DNA of 63,571 nt, counting the filler, from Reticulomyxa filosa (Eukaryota > Protista > Foraminifera): NCBI GenBank assembly GCA_000512085.1. It is 15 parts of 15 records of this genome, joined end to end, with 100 filler letters (N's around TTAATTAATTAA, not from the genome) between each part and the next. Parts side by side here need not be neighbours in the genome. Positions count along the whole stretch, not along the records: positions 11,974 to 34,140 come from ASPP01009896.1; 14 more parts are not named here. One strand, 5' to 3'. The number at the start of each line of letters is the position of its first letter. Positions within the stretch are counted from its first letter, which is position 1. This document shows, piece by piece, positions 12,829 to 26,471 of the stretch. The notes beneath the pieces are model-generated. The model was not told the DNA's origin and ran no database searches. It saw only the letters and a program-made list of their open reading frames with translations. The translations under genes were made by a program, and so were the position numbers.

Positions 12829-13180
12829 AAAGATGTTGAAGTATCAAGCTTGATTTAGCACAAAACTCTTCAAAAAAGCAAACTTTTTCAGAGTTGAAAC
12901 GATTATTAGTTGTGATTAACATTTTTTTTCTTTGGTCTTCCAACTAAATTTTTTTTAGCGGCGATTCTCGCTAAAAAAAAATAAATGCAACAAGTACGTT
13001 GCCGAAAAAACAAAAAAGTAAAAAACGCACACTCAAGCTATAAAAATCTTTATATTATAAAAAAAATGTTTACTATTTTCAAAAATTTCTCTTGACACGA
13101 AAGGTTTTGTAGAACTTTCTTGGACGAAACGACGTTTGAAATACTACTTGACTATCAAAATTTCATTCAAAAATTTAAAA
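12829..13180 (+). repeat. Dispersed repeat family B, copy 1
   Basis: Blocks agatgttgaagtatc...aacttttt and gaactttcttg...acgacgtttgaaatact...tcaaaa recur at 62900..63030. Confidence 0.7.
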
Positions 13181-14475
13181 TTATGTTGTTTCGATTTTGC
13201 GTGAGTTTGAAAAATTTTTGATTATCTTTTCCTTCTGCTATTCGTATTTATTAGATTGCTTTGCTCTTTTTTTCTTGCTAAAAAAACAAGTCATTCGATC
13301 GCAATTCATTGATCTATGCAATGTTATTGGATTATATGTAGTATATTATAGTGTTCTGAAAAATATATTGATACATAAAACGAAAAATAAATTTAAAAAT
13401 ATTGAATGCGACAAAATTCTGAAGAATCAATTTAGTCGAATAAATTTAAGATGTTGCTTGAAGCTGATAATATTATGCATCATATTCAGACATCATAACA
13501 ATATGAAATCCCTAAAGATGAAACCGATGTTGCTTCAATTAAGCCAAAATAAATTTGATCACGTTAATTATCTTATATTGTTCATTGATACACACATGAC
13601 ATATTCCGAGCATATTAATTGTGTGTATGTTAAAGCTACTAGAAACTGTTATATTTTATCAGACCAAATTTATCTATGTATAATCATTCGTCCAAGTCTT
13701 AAATGTGCATAAATATTTTGTAAAGTATTGCAATTTATAGAAACCTTGGCTCAATGAACAGTATAATTTATTACAAAGTCAATGTTGATTCAATTGCATA
13801 ATCTTGTGTTAATATACACAATCAATATGATCACGAATATTATATCATATTGAAACAATAATTTATCATATATTACAATGCAATTATGTAAGATTAATTA
13901 TTCACTTATTATAAGTTTATTTTCAATGCACTATTCAACAAATTGTATTTTGACATCTACAAAATTACCAATTATTAATTGTTAGAAAATTTCGTATTTA
14001 ACAATAAATGTCACAAATATATATTGAATCACTGTCAATTATAAAGTGTATCTTACTTCAAATAATGATCGCAGAAAAGCTCAGCAATTGTAATGAGACC
14101 TAATTCACATATAATATTATTTTTGAATTTATTGATTGTTGTAAATTTTAATATAGTGATATTCCTGGACATACGATATGCAATATTTATTGCCAAGACT
14201 ATCAAAATATGTTCTTGTTTTTAATCTGTTGTAGAATATGTTAATAAGTAAAAAAACTATTTAAAGAAGATTAAACTGACATCTCCAAAAAAAAAACAAA
14301 TAAAACCAGCAAACAAATGGATATGTTCCTCATTGGCTCATAAGCTAGCCAACAAAAAAGTGCAATGCATGTTTGTTATGTTGATATGTAATGTTGAAAT
14401 GCATTATAAGCTCCTATACAAAAAACACAATGTATGAATCTACAAAAACTGATAGATATCCTCAGTTGTGTTGGA

Positions 14476-16577
14476 TTAACTTTTGATCCAAATCAAAATT
14501 CGGAAGAGGTAAACGAGAAGGAAAGGAAGAACACAATTCAATCCAAAGAGAAGGAACAACGCGGCTTGCAAATGTGTAGTAACCAATAAAGTGGGATCCT
14601 TTTTCCTCAAGGTATGCAAGCAATCATTTTCATTCCGCCACATCAAAATAGCAAATACAAGTTGAGACAATTGGACGAGCAACAAACCAATAATTAAAGC
14701 GATACATAGGGTGAAACAGTCATTCCTTGTTCCATTGTTAACAATGAACCAATAAAAAAAGAGCATCCAAAAAGTCCAAAGGACCATATGCACTAAATTC
14801 AATATAAATGCAATATTCGAACAATGGCCGAAATCAATATTTACAATATTGTGATCACAAAGGGGACCAAAGCTTGCACCACCTTTTTTTTTGAAATATA
14901 TGTACACACATAAATGATTGTATATGCATTTATCGAAGCTCTCGAAGAGATGTTTTTTAAAAAAGACCAGATAAAATCAAAGCAACAATCCAAACGGCTG
15001 CGAAGATCATAATAATTTTCAGATAAGTCCTCTTTTCACTTTCGTCGAATTTGCAAACGAGTTGTGTGCAGTGAGCAGTCCGTTTAGGTTTAGGCTTATT
15101 GAAAAAACGTACAGCAGTCAATCCAAAATACTTATTGTCATTGTTGAGAGTTTCGTGGGCAATCCTGCCTCCCATCATGTCAAAGGTGTTGGATAGTACC
15201 TCATACACGGTCGCAGCAAATGGGATGAGCAACAAAAGAAGACCGAATATGCTCATGAACAAATTGATATAAATCACCTCAAACTCCCATTTTTGATGCA
15301 AGTAATTGGAACACGAAGAGGGTAAGGTGAGTCCATAGACAAGGGCCAAAGGGAATGAAGAGACAAAGATAATAGCCGAAAATCCGCCGAGAAAGGAGAA
15401 CAGACTAAAGACTTTGTGTTGCAAGTGGAGACTCGCTTTTCTTTGAATGGATGTATCCAAAGTCTGTTGAGATTTCGTGCAGCTCCGAATTATCAAACAA
15501 GACAAGGAAAACACGAACGAAGAAAACTGAATAGCGTTGTAGGCCCACAGACCTTGTGGACACGTCTCATTGAAATTGCGCAAAACACTACTGCCCACTT
15601 GCCATGTGCCAATGCCACTCAACGCCCCAATGGAAAGTGCTGTTGCCACAGATACGCTGATCAATACTGGATATACGTAGTTGGCAATGCGATCGGATAG
15701 AAACCGAATGTCGAATATTTTGTTTATGCTCTTGTGATGATTGCTTTTTTGTGTTCTGTGATTGGTTTGTTTTGTGATCAACAGGATATGTCGTTGATCG
15801 TCCAAAGTCGATTCAGGGACCTTCCACTCCTTGCAACCCGGATCCCAATAATATTTCATCACTAATGTTGCGAACGGGCTCGTATTTTTAGCAACAATGC
15901 AAATGTGCAATTTCCAATGATCCCATTGATGTTCCCCCCAATCATGACGATCAGTGCATACACGCTCGTGAAGAGTCTGCAAATTGATCCTTTCATCGTA
16001 CACCTTTTTTTTTATTATTTTTGTGAAACGTACACACATATGTATGCGTAGTCTTTGTATTTGTGCGCCGTGTGCAATGGAGAACCTGGAGACAAGCGGA
16101 GCATTGGAGAAAATTGCACAAGGGACATTCCAACATTTCTTGATAATGGTCACGTGGAGAAGGGAAACATGAACAAAACTTCATTTGACACGGCCCTTGA
16201 CGCGTGGTGGGAATACAACTGCCCCAACAAGCGTTCTTCAGACACCGTCTTTGTGTTCCACAGACTCGAGATAGAATAGATGCGCTGTATTCAGAGCCAC
16301 GTGGCTCTCGTCCCCGTGGAATGAGATGCACGTCGATATCATAGTACGACGAATCTCTGTGATGTTGCCACAAAATTCGTAGACTGTCTTTTTCAATCGT
16401 TGCAATGGCTCGAGGCCATACATTCTCCTTGCTTTGTTGCTTGACTTCGTTCTCGTGTCTGTTGATATATTCATAATCCTTTCTATCGCTATTGCTATTC
16501 TCGTCGCCATTACCGTTGTAATCATTGTGGTCGTCTTCATCACTCTCATCCAAATGCTCTTTCATTTGCTTTTGCAA
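14476..16577 (-). CDS. Multi-pass membrane protein with acidic N-terminus and Cys-rich IBR-like zinc finger; three or more exons
   Basis: Introns 16004..16085 and 14883..14967 join ORFs 15993..16577, 14957..16153 and 14476..14907 in frame; CPLCNFLQCSAC...HERVC motif; about eight hydrophobic helices. Confidence 0.7.
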
Positions 16578-16686
16578 TGACTGCTTGCAAAGATATTCGG
16601 CCTATCTTTTGTTTGTTGAGTTATCCTTTGTTTGTTGAAAGTTATGTTTTCGAGTTGGGATTTTTACCTTGGCAATGCACCGGCTG

Positions 16687-18247
16687 CTAGCCTCGATCCC
16701 TGCTCGAATCATTATCGTTTGACGATTTTTCTTCCTCCTTTTTTTTTATTTTTTTAATCCCATTTGAAAACAGTAAGGAGTAATGCGAAAAAAAAAGAAT
16801 ACAAAGCCAACCAATTTGGTAACAGATGAAGGATAAAACAGAATCTGATGAAGGAAGTATTTGTTCAATGACAAGGCCATTAGGAATCCAACAAAACATT
16901 CGAACCAAGTACTTCTTTGCAATAATAGCTCTTTGATGTTTCCGTCCAATTCAATCGATTCGTCCATTTGCAACTGTCCCAATTGGCCTTGTTCACTTGC
17001 AAATAATTGATAATAAATAGTTCCAATTTCGATCCATTGTGTCGTTGCCAATCCGCCCAATTGATTCCAAAGTGATATTAATTTCAAACATCTAATTTTT
17101 TTTTTTGGTAAATACATAATAAAAAAAACAAAAGAGAAAAAAATGTCAACTCTCGGAAGGAATATGCCCAAGGGTCTTTTTCGATTATGAATGCAACTTG
17201 AGATAATTTGACGGCCATTGCCATGGCACTTAACAAAGCCATTACCAAAATCACTATTGTAATAAACGACACGATTATTCCTCTCCGAAAGTTTTCCAAA
17301 AATTCCATCATCTTTGCACATCTCACGTTCGTTTGTGATGACTCTTTTTTTTAAAAAAAAAAAAAGTGTTTTCACAGAAAAAAAAAGAGTACAAAGAATA
17401 AAAAAACGCATAATACAAACTGGCTAAGGCTAATTGAATATTGATCCATTGAATTTGTAATTGCAACTTTTTCTTTTCGATTAAACCAGACACAACACTT
17501 TCTATTGAATTGTCAGAATTTTCTTTCAATTTACACAGACAACGATATGAGTCTTGCAATTCAAACATCATTCTATCCAACTCCTTTTTACTGGCGAAGT
17601 GGTGATCGATCATTCCACTCATCATATCCAATGCTGATTGCACGCTACACCATTGCACTAATTTAAACAAGCTAAACGATCTCATGATTTGGAGTGAATC
17701 CACAAACACTGCACAATTTCTCATTTTCAACGATGCCAACGCCATCACAGATAATACGACAATACAAACCAATTCCGTATATGACACAAACTCTTTCATT
17801 ACACTAAATTTTTTTTTTATATTACAAGTCAATATATTAATATATAATTGTATATGTATGTACTGTTTATCTATTGTTTGATGTGTTCGTATATCCAAAC
17901 TCCATTGTATACGCAAATGATGTTGACGGTAAATAGACCGCATTCAATACGATGAATAATACATTTGTGACCAATGACAAGAACACTGCAAACATTACAC
18001 AAATTTGCCCATTCGATGCAAACGGCAGGCCTTTCTTCAAGTAATCATTTATTTGCTTACGAGTTCTGTTCTTTTTTTTAATTTCTTCTTCCTCTTCTTT
18101 CTTTTTTTCAAATACGTTCCAATTCTCCACGTCTATTGTCCCCCGATGGTTTGTTTTGCTCATTGACTCTTCGTTCAGTTTTTGGTATTTCGAATCTGAA
18201 ATACTCACATCACCGCTTTCTGATTCTACGTTGTATGCAAGACTCAT
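16687..18247 (-). CDS. Multi-exon uncharacterised membrane protein
   Basis: ORF pieces 17867..18247, 17323..17943, 17084..17326 and 16746..17411 can be spliced in frame through GT-AG introns (AVKLSQVAFIIEKDPWAYSFRE/CLKLISLWNQLGGL). Confidence 0.65.
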
Positions 18248-18864
18248 CCTTCAGGATCAGGCCAGCTGGAATGCCACAACTACTCTTAGTCTACTTTCTT
18301 TATATTTTTCATCGATTTCCCTCCTCCCTTTTCTTTTTGGGCTGTGCTACAGTTGCAACAGTATTGAAAGAAAGCGACAATTTTATCTTGTTGAAGCCAC
18401 CACAATTACATAATATTTAGACAAAATGTAGCTATTATTTGGTATTACAAATGACCTAATATTGCTATCCCAAATTATGTTTATTACAAAAAAATTTTCG
18501 ATAAAACTTCACTTTATATTGCTCTTGTATTTTGAAAATTCCATCATATTATACAAATTTTATTTTCAAAAAAGAAACTAATCAAAAAATTTATCGAAAT
18601 TTTGTGGTTTTTTCGTTAAATGGATGAATTTGCATTTAATATTCAAAAGTGAAAAAATTATAGTTAATACGTAGATGTGTAAAGTTGGAACTAATTTTGC
18701 ACGATGTAACAATATTAGTTTTTTTAATGCCTGGATCATCTTTGTTTACTTTTTAACAATACAGTACGTATGAAATTTCATAAAAAAACATTTCTGTAGT
18801 CTATTTTTTTGGAATTGATTTTATCGTTCTTGTGCAGTTTTTAGGAGGAAAAAAACTAGGTAAA

Positions 18865-20634
18865 ATGGAAGGCAATGTTCCATCTGTGCTGGAAATAGTT
18901 TTTGATTACATGAAGAAATGGCAGAAAAAAGTAATTGAAAAAAGTGGATCGCAAACATTGACATCATGTTTGTTCATATATGCTGCAAACGCGAGTTTTT
19001 TTCGTTGTAAAGTACCTCTTGTGGAATGAACAGATTCAATTGCAGGGATACTATCCGTGAGCCTGTTATATTGGTGTTATTGGAGATACCAACCACAGCA
19101 GGTGTCACTTCGTGATGGAATAGTGAACAAAGAATTTGATGACAAATTGCCAGATTCCCTGAAGGTACCAAATAAAAGCTCACGAGAAGAAATGAGCAAG
19201 AGGATAGACGATTGCTTTAGTTGGAGTTATTTGGAGGCCAAAACAAAATTTTTGGAACTTTGCAAAAAGATTGAAGGCGCTCGAACACACACCTTGTGGG
19301 TTGACAAGGCAGCAAACCAGAGTATAGACCTAGCATACATCGCAGGGTCTCCTGATAGTAGTCACTTGATTATACATATATCTGGAACGAACGGAGTAGA
19401 GGGATATGCAGGGGCGGCAATCCAATTGGACTTGTTAATCGATATCGCAAGGAGGTATGAAGACAAAGAGAAGGAACGAACCGAGATGAAAAGACCCCAT
19501 CTTTTATTTGTCCATGCATTAAACCCTTATGGAATGCAACAGCTGCGATGTTGGACACAATTCAATGTGGATCTAAATCGTAATTGCTTCTTCAATGAGA
19601 CTGATTTCAAACGAATGAAGTTACAAGAACACGAGAAAATTGGTGATGTTATGACCGCCTCGGATTATAGCAATGATATCGAATACGAGGTAACACCTCC
19701 TCTGCCAGGTTGTCTTGTTTGTCATGTTGTAGTCTTTTGCTTTCTTTCCTTTTCATTTTCAATCTTAATAAAATCCAAGGAAGTGATGTGGAAGTATATC
19801 ATCTTTGCGAGTCCTTGTTGAATCCTCCCAGACTTCCAACTTGGCTTAGTGATGACATTTGGTTCGATATTCAAGCCCGCTTTTATTGGTGGAACTATGG
19901 TCCCAATGGCATGGACCGAGTGTTGTCAGGACAATATCACAATGGCCGCAAAATGTTTTATGGCGGTTTCAAGTTGGCCAAAAATCTTGAACTTTTGGGA
20001 GATTTTCTGGTCAATAATTTTAAGACCGTGTTTGGAGTCAGCATTCTCTCGGACATTTTTAAGCACACTGGCAACAAAAAACATAACAACAAACTATCTG
20101 TTATTGATATTCACACGGGATTTGGTCAATGCTCCATTGACACATTATTCACTTCCAAAAAATCTCACAAAGATGTTTTATTACGTTTGTTTTCCGAGTA
20201 TGCACAAGTCCCAAGTTTCGACGGCGTTTTTTTTCACAAAAAAAAAATCTGTGCATATGACTCTCAAACTCTAACATACAGATAGAATCCAATGCTGTGA
20301 GGATCGGAGCGGCGAACTTGGAAAACGTTTCGTAGGATGTAAAGGATTCGTAGGAGACGGACTCGATTATTTGTTTGCATCTAGGGCTCATGATACTCTA
20401 GTCTTTATGCAAACCTTCGGAACGGTCGAATGGTTTGACATCGTAAAAGCACTACGAAATGAAAACATGGCACACCAATATGTTCAAAAAATGAAATCCA
20501 ATGAACTGAAAATACTAGAGTATAGGCAATCAAAAGTAAGAGATGTGCTCTATTTGAAAGATAATTGGTCCTGGAAATGGAATGTTTTGATGGGAGGCCG
20601 ACATACGTTTCAGCGTGTGTACACACGTGGATAA
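18865..20634 (+). CDS. DUF2817 / M14 zinc-carboxypeptidase-like protein with N-terminal membrane anchor; catalytic residues substituted
   Basis: Motifs ISGTNGVEGYAG, LFVHALNPYG, NVDLNRN, IDIHTGFG, QTFGT and ALRNEN occur in family order; three inferred introns. Confidence 0.85.
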
Positions 20635-21637
20635 ATCAAATTTTTTCATTTTTTATGTTAGTATTGTTTCATTGCATTCGTGCTCAGGGCTTTCATGTCT
20701 AGTGTTAGTTTTTGTGTTATATTCCTATTCATTTAGTGAAACACAAAAAAATGGCTTAGGCTGTGCCATTTCGAAGAGTTATTAGTTTAAAAGTCTTGAT
20801 GTTACTGAATTATCAAACTTTCTGTGATATTTTGAGTATTTATCTATAACTTTGTCCAGTCAACAAATGCTCTGTTCATACAATTTGAGTTCATTTGTTC
20901 GATTTTGTTTTGAAATAAAAACGATTTATATTTTCTAAAAACATATTGTTGGGTGTTGGTCTATTATTCGTGAAGATTCATTTGCTATTCACGAAGATTG
21001 TGGAAAAGGTTTGTAAACTTGACACAATATAGCCACCTGAAAGTTATGCTATATTTTACCACCCCTTTTCCGAATCATTACGTACCGCAAAGCATGTTTT
21101 TATTGAGATTTTGCGTTTACGTGCCCTTGCCACATTGTTTTGGCTACTGTGATATTCAGATTCAACCGAGAACAACATTTAAACAAAAAATTTTTTTAGG
21201 ATTGTGACTATCTACAGAATATTAGTGCTAATGTGACAACGATCCTATTGATACTACCTTGATGTTGATGGAACTGGATCTTGTCTGTTCAGTTTGAAAG
21301 AAGTGTTTACGAAAGAACTGGATTTTAATAAATGCTTTTTTACTGAAATTACTGCAAAATGAAAGATACAGGATAACATAGACATCAAATACATTTTGTT
21401 TGATAAATGTCATAAATGAAACCAAAATAAAAATATACACCAAGTATTTCTTCCAAACCCAAAATGCATTCTTAAAACTTGAAAAAATTACGTCATTAAA
21501 AGGCGAACCGTTGAAAAAAGAAAAAGCTTTGATAGTACTCAAAGTAAAAAAAACAAACGAATGCGAAGAGAAATAAAGTATAATTTTTTCAAAAGCCCAC
21601 TACAGACATTCTCAAAATAATGAGGCTATGAAAAGTG

Positions 21638-24600
21638 TTATCTACCTTCTGTGACCACTCGCTGAAATTGCTCAAGCTTGCTAATTAATTGGCTGATTTG
21701 CGCACTTTTTGGTTGTATATGCATATGTGTGTAGAAAATGTCACAAGGTTTAAAGTCTCGCAAGATAAGAAAGAATATTATTTTTTATGTCTCAACTTAG
21801 GTGGCAGATGCAACTTGAACTTGTGTCCATCTTTGAAAAAATCAAAAACAAATTAGTTTTGGCATCCAATTCATAATGCTTCAAATCATTGCATGAATAT
21901 ACTTGTCCTATCGTCACATCAAAGGAATAAAGAAAAAGTATTAATATAATTAATGCAACAAAACATAAACAAAATGATTCAATACGTTGTGTATCGTCGT
22001 TTGTATTCGAGAATATAATTTCGTTTGTAGTTAACGACACATTAGTTTGTACAGTCCGGTCTTTGGTTCTTGTAAACGATAGTCGTGATTTATTTCGTTT
22101 GGGCCATTTCACTAACATACTCCATGCTATTACACTGTCTGTGCTATCCGAGGGAATGGATGTTTGCTTCTCGGCTGGTTTCATTGACCTATTTTTCAAT
22201 CGATCGCCAGTGCTACCAGCAACACCATCATCATGCACTGAGGGTGTATTTGGTGCATTTGCACTACCACCGTAGGTTTGACTTTCAGATGCGGTTGCAG
22301 CCACTATGCTCATGTTTTGATGCGAAGACCTCGTACTTGGTGGCGGTTGATAAGTTACGCTTTCGTTACGAATGATTTTCCTTGAGATCCCCTTATTTGC
22401 CATGCCTGCGCCAATAGAAGTGTAGTACGCAGATCCATCTGGTGTATTTGGAATAGGATAAATGGCGCCAGTTTGTCCTGGCAAAACTCCTTGGAAGCTT
22501 CTTCGTTTTTCCGGCTATTTGTTCGATGTTGTGTGTTATGTCCGATAAAAGACTATTTGTGTTTTCCCTTTTTCGAATGTGTTTGACGCATTTCCTTTTC
22601 GGAATAAGAAACAAGCCAATAATTCAACAAAGGCACACACCAAACTGTTCCAATGGAGCTAGTTGCAATATTTGGTTCTCCTCGTACAATATTATGCAAC
22701 ATACGACTGCTGCCACCATTTTTCGTAATGGGTGGTCGTGGTAGTTCTTCTGATACACTCGATTTTTGTGAGAGTTCGACTGGATAGTCCAAGGCTGCCG
22801 CGTTGTTGCCATGCCCCTTTTTGACCCTTGGCGCCGCATTGCTCGTCTGCTGATAATGTTTGTGTCCATGCTGACCTGTCTTGTAGTTTGCACTGTTCTG
22901 CAACGTACCATCGTTACAGTCTTCCTCTTCTGTATCATCGTCGTCATCCTCGTTTCGAAGCTCGTCTCCGTCCTCGTTATGTTCATCTTCTTCATCACAA
23001 TCGTCATTGTCTCGTAGATGGGTTGTATTCTTGCGTGTTTCTTTGTTTATGTTTTCTTGCTCTTTATAATTAACTTCAGGGCTGACATCCTCGGACCCAC
23101 TTTCTATTGGCGGAACTTTGAACGATTGATCAAAGACTTTATTATTTGTTTATTGTAACTACTTTTATACTGTACATACATATATATCTGTATTCATATA
23201 AATATATATTTGTATACATACATTTTTTTTTTTTTTTGCATGCACCCTACATCCAAACAACAAAACAACTCAACATCTTCCACGGCTTCTGCTTTTGCTC
23301 TTTGCTGAAGTGATGTCATTCAAATTATTTTGCAATAGAAGCAATTCGGATTTCAATGTTGCCAAATGTTTCGACAATGTACCGCGATCGATAGCGCCTT
23401 CGGTGCAGCATTGTTGTATGTAAAAAACTCTCTTTTGCAACAATTCGATATTGGTGAGGGCTCGCTTGGCGTAATCTCCAATCGCTTTATTTACCTCTTG
23501 TTCGGTGTTGCATTCTTGTTGTAACCTCTGATTTGACAGACTGAGTGTCAACTTTTGATTTTGTACTGACTCTAATTCTTTTCGCAGCTGATCTATTTGC
23601 TGATAAAATTTGCGTTGCTTGACTTGCCAAATTGACATCATGTCATCTGGATCCTTTTCAGATTCTTGATTCAAGCGCTTTGACGAGGCTGCTTTTTTTT
23701 CGGATGGATTTGGATCATTGTTTTGACTTTTCGAACTATTGCTGTCGTCATTCATTTGTTTCACTGCAACATACACACAATATGCACATATATTGACTGA
23801 CACTGTATTCGTTTGGCAGATAAAAAAAAGGTAATAAATTGTCGACACATACAACGCTTAACATTGGTTTTCTTTGAGTTTTAGCGCAATCTCTGTCTCT
23901 TTCAGTTTTTCTTTCAGTACTGTGTTTTCTTTACGTAACGATTTATTCCTCTGCTGCAATATCTGATTTTCAAACAGAGAAGGGAGACACAACACATCAA
24001 TCCCACAGTCAATAAAAAAACATATGTTGTTTTGGATTGCAAAGACACATTATTTTGTGAATGGTGTTCCAAACCTCATATTTTTGAGACACTTTCTGTG
24101 TATTTTTGTTTGAGGAATGAGAAGATTTTCTGTCGTCCTCACTTATTTCTGTAGAAAAGTCTCGCGGCGACTCGAGCGTTGGATTGGATTGGTTTAGATT
24201 TAGATTTTGACTTTGTTTTTTTATATGATCTTTCATACAGGACATTTTGTCCTGCGATTTTTTCAATTTTCGTTCCAATTCCACAATGGCGTGGTTTTTA
24301 AGCTCTAATTCTTTCAACATCACTGTCGTGGAATCTTCTTCGCTTTGCAGTTGTTGCTCTCGCATTTGTGCCTCTGTCTCCAATGTCGTTATCTTTTGCA
24401 ACAACTGCTCTCGTTCTCTGTTCCATTCTTTTTTTTTTGTATTGCATATATCACCCCTTCCTTCCAATATTTTTTATACAATATATTATATGCGTACATA
24501 TAATATAAATATATATTATACATAATGGACCCTGTTGATCTCATATCTGTCTTTGTAAACAAACTTGAGTTCCCACTCGTGGCGTTGGCTCTGATGTTTC

Positions 24601-25722
24601 GGAAGCGCTTTGGGAAGCCTCTCCTGCTCTGTTGTGAGAGCCAGGAGGTCTCTCATTTGGAGTGGAATGAACACTTTCGGCTGTGGATTGACTCAGGATA
24701 CTTTTGGATTTCTTTATTTCGCTCTCTTGTCTTTTTCCATTGATTGTGTTTTCGTTGGAATTTCTGTTTTTGCTTTGTTCGATTGCTCCCTTTGAGTTTT
24801 GTTGTTGTGATAGCTTTTCTTTTTCTTTGTCTTTGTCTTTGTCTTTTTGCTTTTGCCTTTGCTTTTCTTTTTCCTTTTCCTTTTCCTTTTCTTGATCCAT
24901 TCCGTTTTCTGTTCGTTGTTCCATTTCCCCATTTTCGCTTGAATTGCTGTCGTCGTCATCCGATTTTACCATTTCGTTTTCTCTATTTTCGGCGCCATTA
25001 ACCCCACCATCATCTGTCCCACTGACAAGTCCTGGAGGCTGTTGTTATTGTTTTGTGTTGCTTTGTTTTGTTTGCTTGGCGACCGCAGTCGAGTCACCGC
25101 GGAAACAAAGGATGTAACTAATTCGTCTTCCAAATCTGGGTAACGATAGCGCACCCAAATGGAATTTCTTCCAACTTCTTTTGACATTACTTGCGATTGT
25201 CCATTGTTATCCACTCGCCATTGCAACGTAAGCCATTCCTCTTGGTTGTTGCTGCCATCGGGGGTATGTGCACGTACCCCTATTATCTCGGCTGGGAACC
25301 AGTGCTTGTGTGTATTGCTCCAACATTCCACACTTGTGCCTATTGTCCAGTTGCTTCGGGTCGTTGCCTGTTTGCATTGGTTCCATTTGTCATTCAATGT
25401 TGGAGTTCGCGTTTTGTTTGTTTGTTTGTTTGATAGTAGTTTTACAACTCGATTAGCCTTGCCTTTTTTTTCCCTCTCAAAAAGTCTACTCAACTTCATT
25501 TATGGTACGAAGGTATTCCGAATCAGGGTCCAGATATTTTGTCTTCATCTGATGATCGACCCAGTATCGTACGTGCAGACATGGTCCTTCCTCGTCTTGG
25601 CTAATACAATATATCTCTCCTGGACGCCAGCGCTCTAATCCTACACTATATACTTTCACTGGCTGACCACGATTCCATTGCCCCTGGCGCCCATTTGCTT
25701 TTTCATAGATGAGCTTCTCCAT
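21638..25722 (-). CDS. Large multi-exon scaffold-like protein: two Tudor/Agenet-like repeats, charged low-complexity region, coiled coils, possible C-terminal PH-like domain
   Basis: WNRGQPVKVYSVGLERWRPGEI and WTIGTSVECWSNTHKHWFPAEI repeats; coiled-coil ORFs 24009..24467 and 23270..23854; co-oriented exons separated by short introns. The single-gene model is an inference. Confidence 0.55.
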
Positions 25723-26471
25723 TTAATTCTAACGTTATTGGAAGGGTGTACACGCTTGTCAAAAAAAGTTTTTACTGTATTCATGGAATTAAAGTGGGCA
25801 CTGTTTGCTTGTCGAAATTTCGCGTGCTTACTTTTAAAAGAAAGAGAACATTTCATTTTATGGTTATAAATAGATAAATAGCTTATGATATGGAAAAAGA
25901 CAAAAAATTTAAAATCTTCAAACTGACTGTGGAGCAAAAGAGCACGACTATGTGAATATAAACAAGTTGTGAGTTGTTTCCTTGAATTTTGAAAAATCCT
26001 GAATTGCGCGTTCAAAAGTAGGCTGAGAGACAGCAAAAAGCTTATGAAACAACGAATTGCAGCAAATATGCTTACAATTTTGACAACTTTTTTCGTTTTC
26101 AATTAACTTTAGTTGTTTTCATTTGCTGGTGTCTTCTTGCCAAACAAAAAAAAAAAATGAAACTACAATTAGGACAGAAACTAGCTTGATATTAAATTAC
26201 GACATTCAAGGATATTTTCGTTACAGTGATACTGAAACACAAGTCAATTAACTGAAAAGTAACTATGTGCATTAAAAAGAATGACAAACGAAGTTTTATG
26301 TTGTTATGCTTTGAATATTTTGCTGAAACGAAATTTTGTTACAATCTGCTTGTAAATTTTGCCTTATGAATTCTACATTTAATATTAGCTTTTTTGTAAA
26401 ACACACATTCGCCAAAATAAACAAAAATTCATAATATTCACAAAGTATTAAGGCTAATTTTAAATATAATA

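Noticed and set aside
13197-14220. 171-aa ORF and following AT-rich tract
   Set aside because: Composition (F/L/I/K/N) mirrors random AT-rich DNA; no motif.
19027-19029. In-frame TGA between two same-frame ORFs as selenocysteine, readthrough or an alternative genetic code
   Set aside because: A GTTTGT...TTGCAG intron removes it in frame; conserved genes such as primase and the WD40 protein translate cleanly with the standard code.
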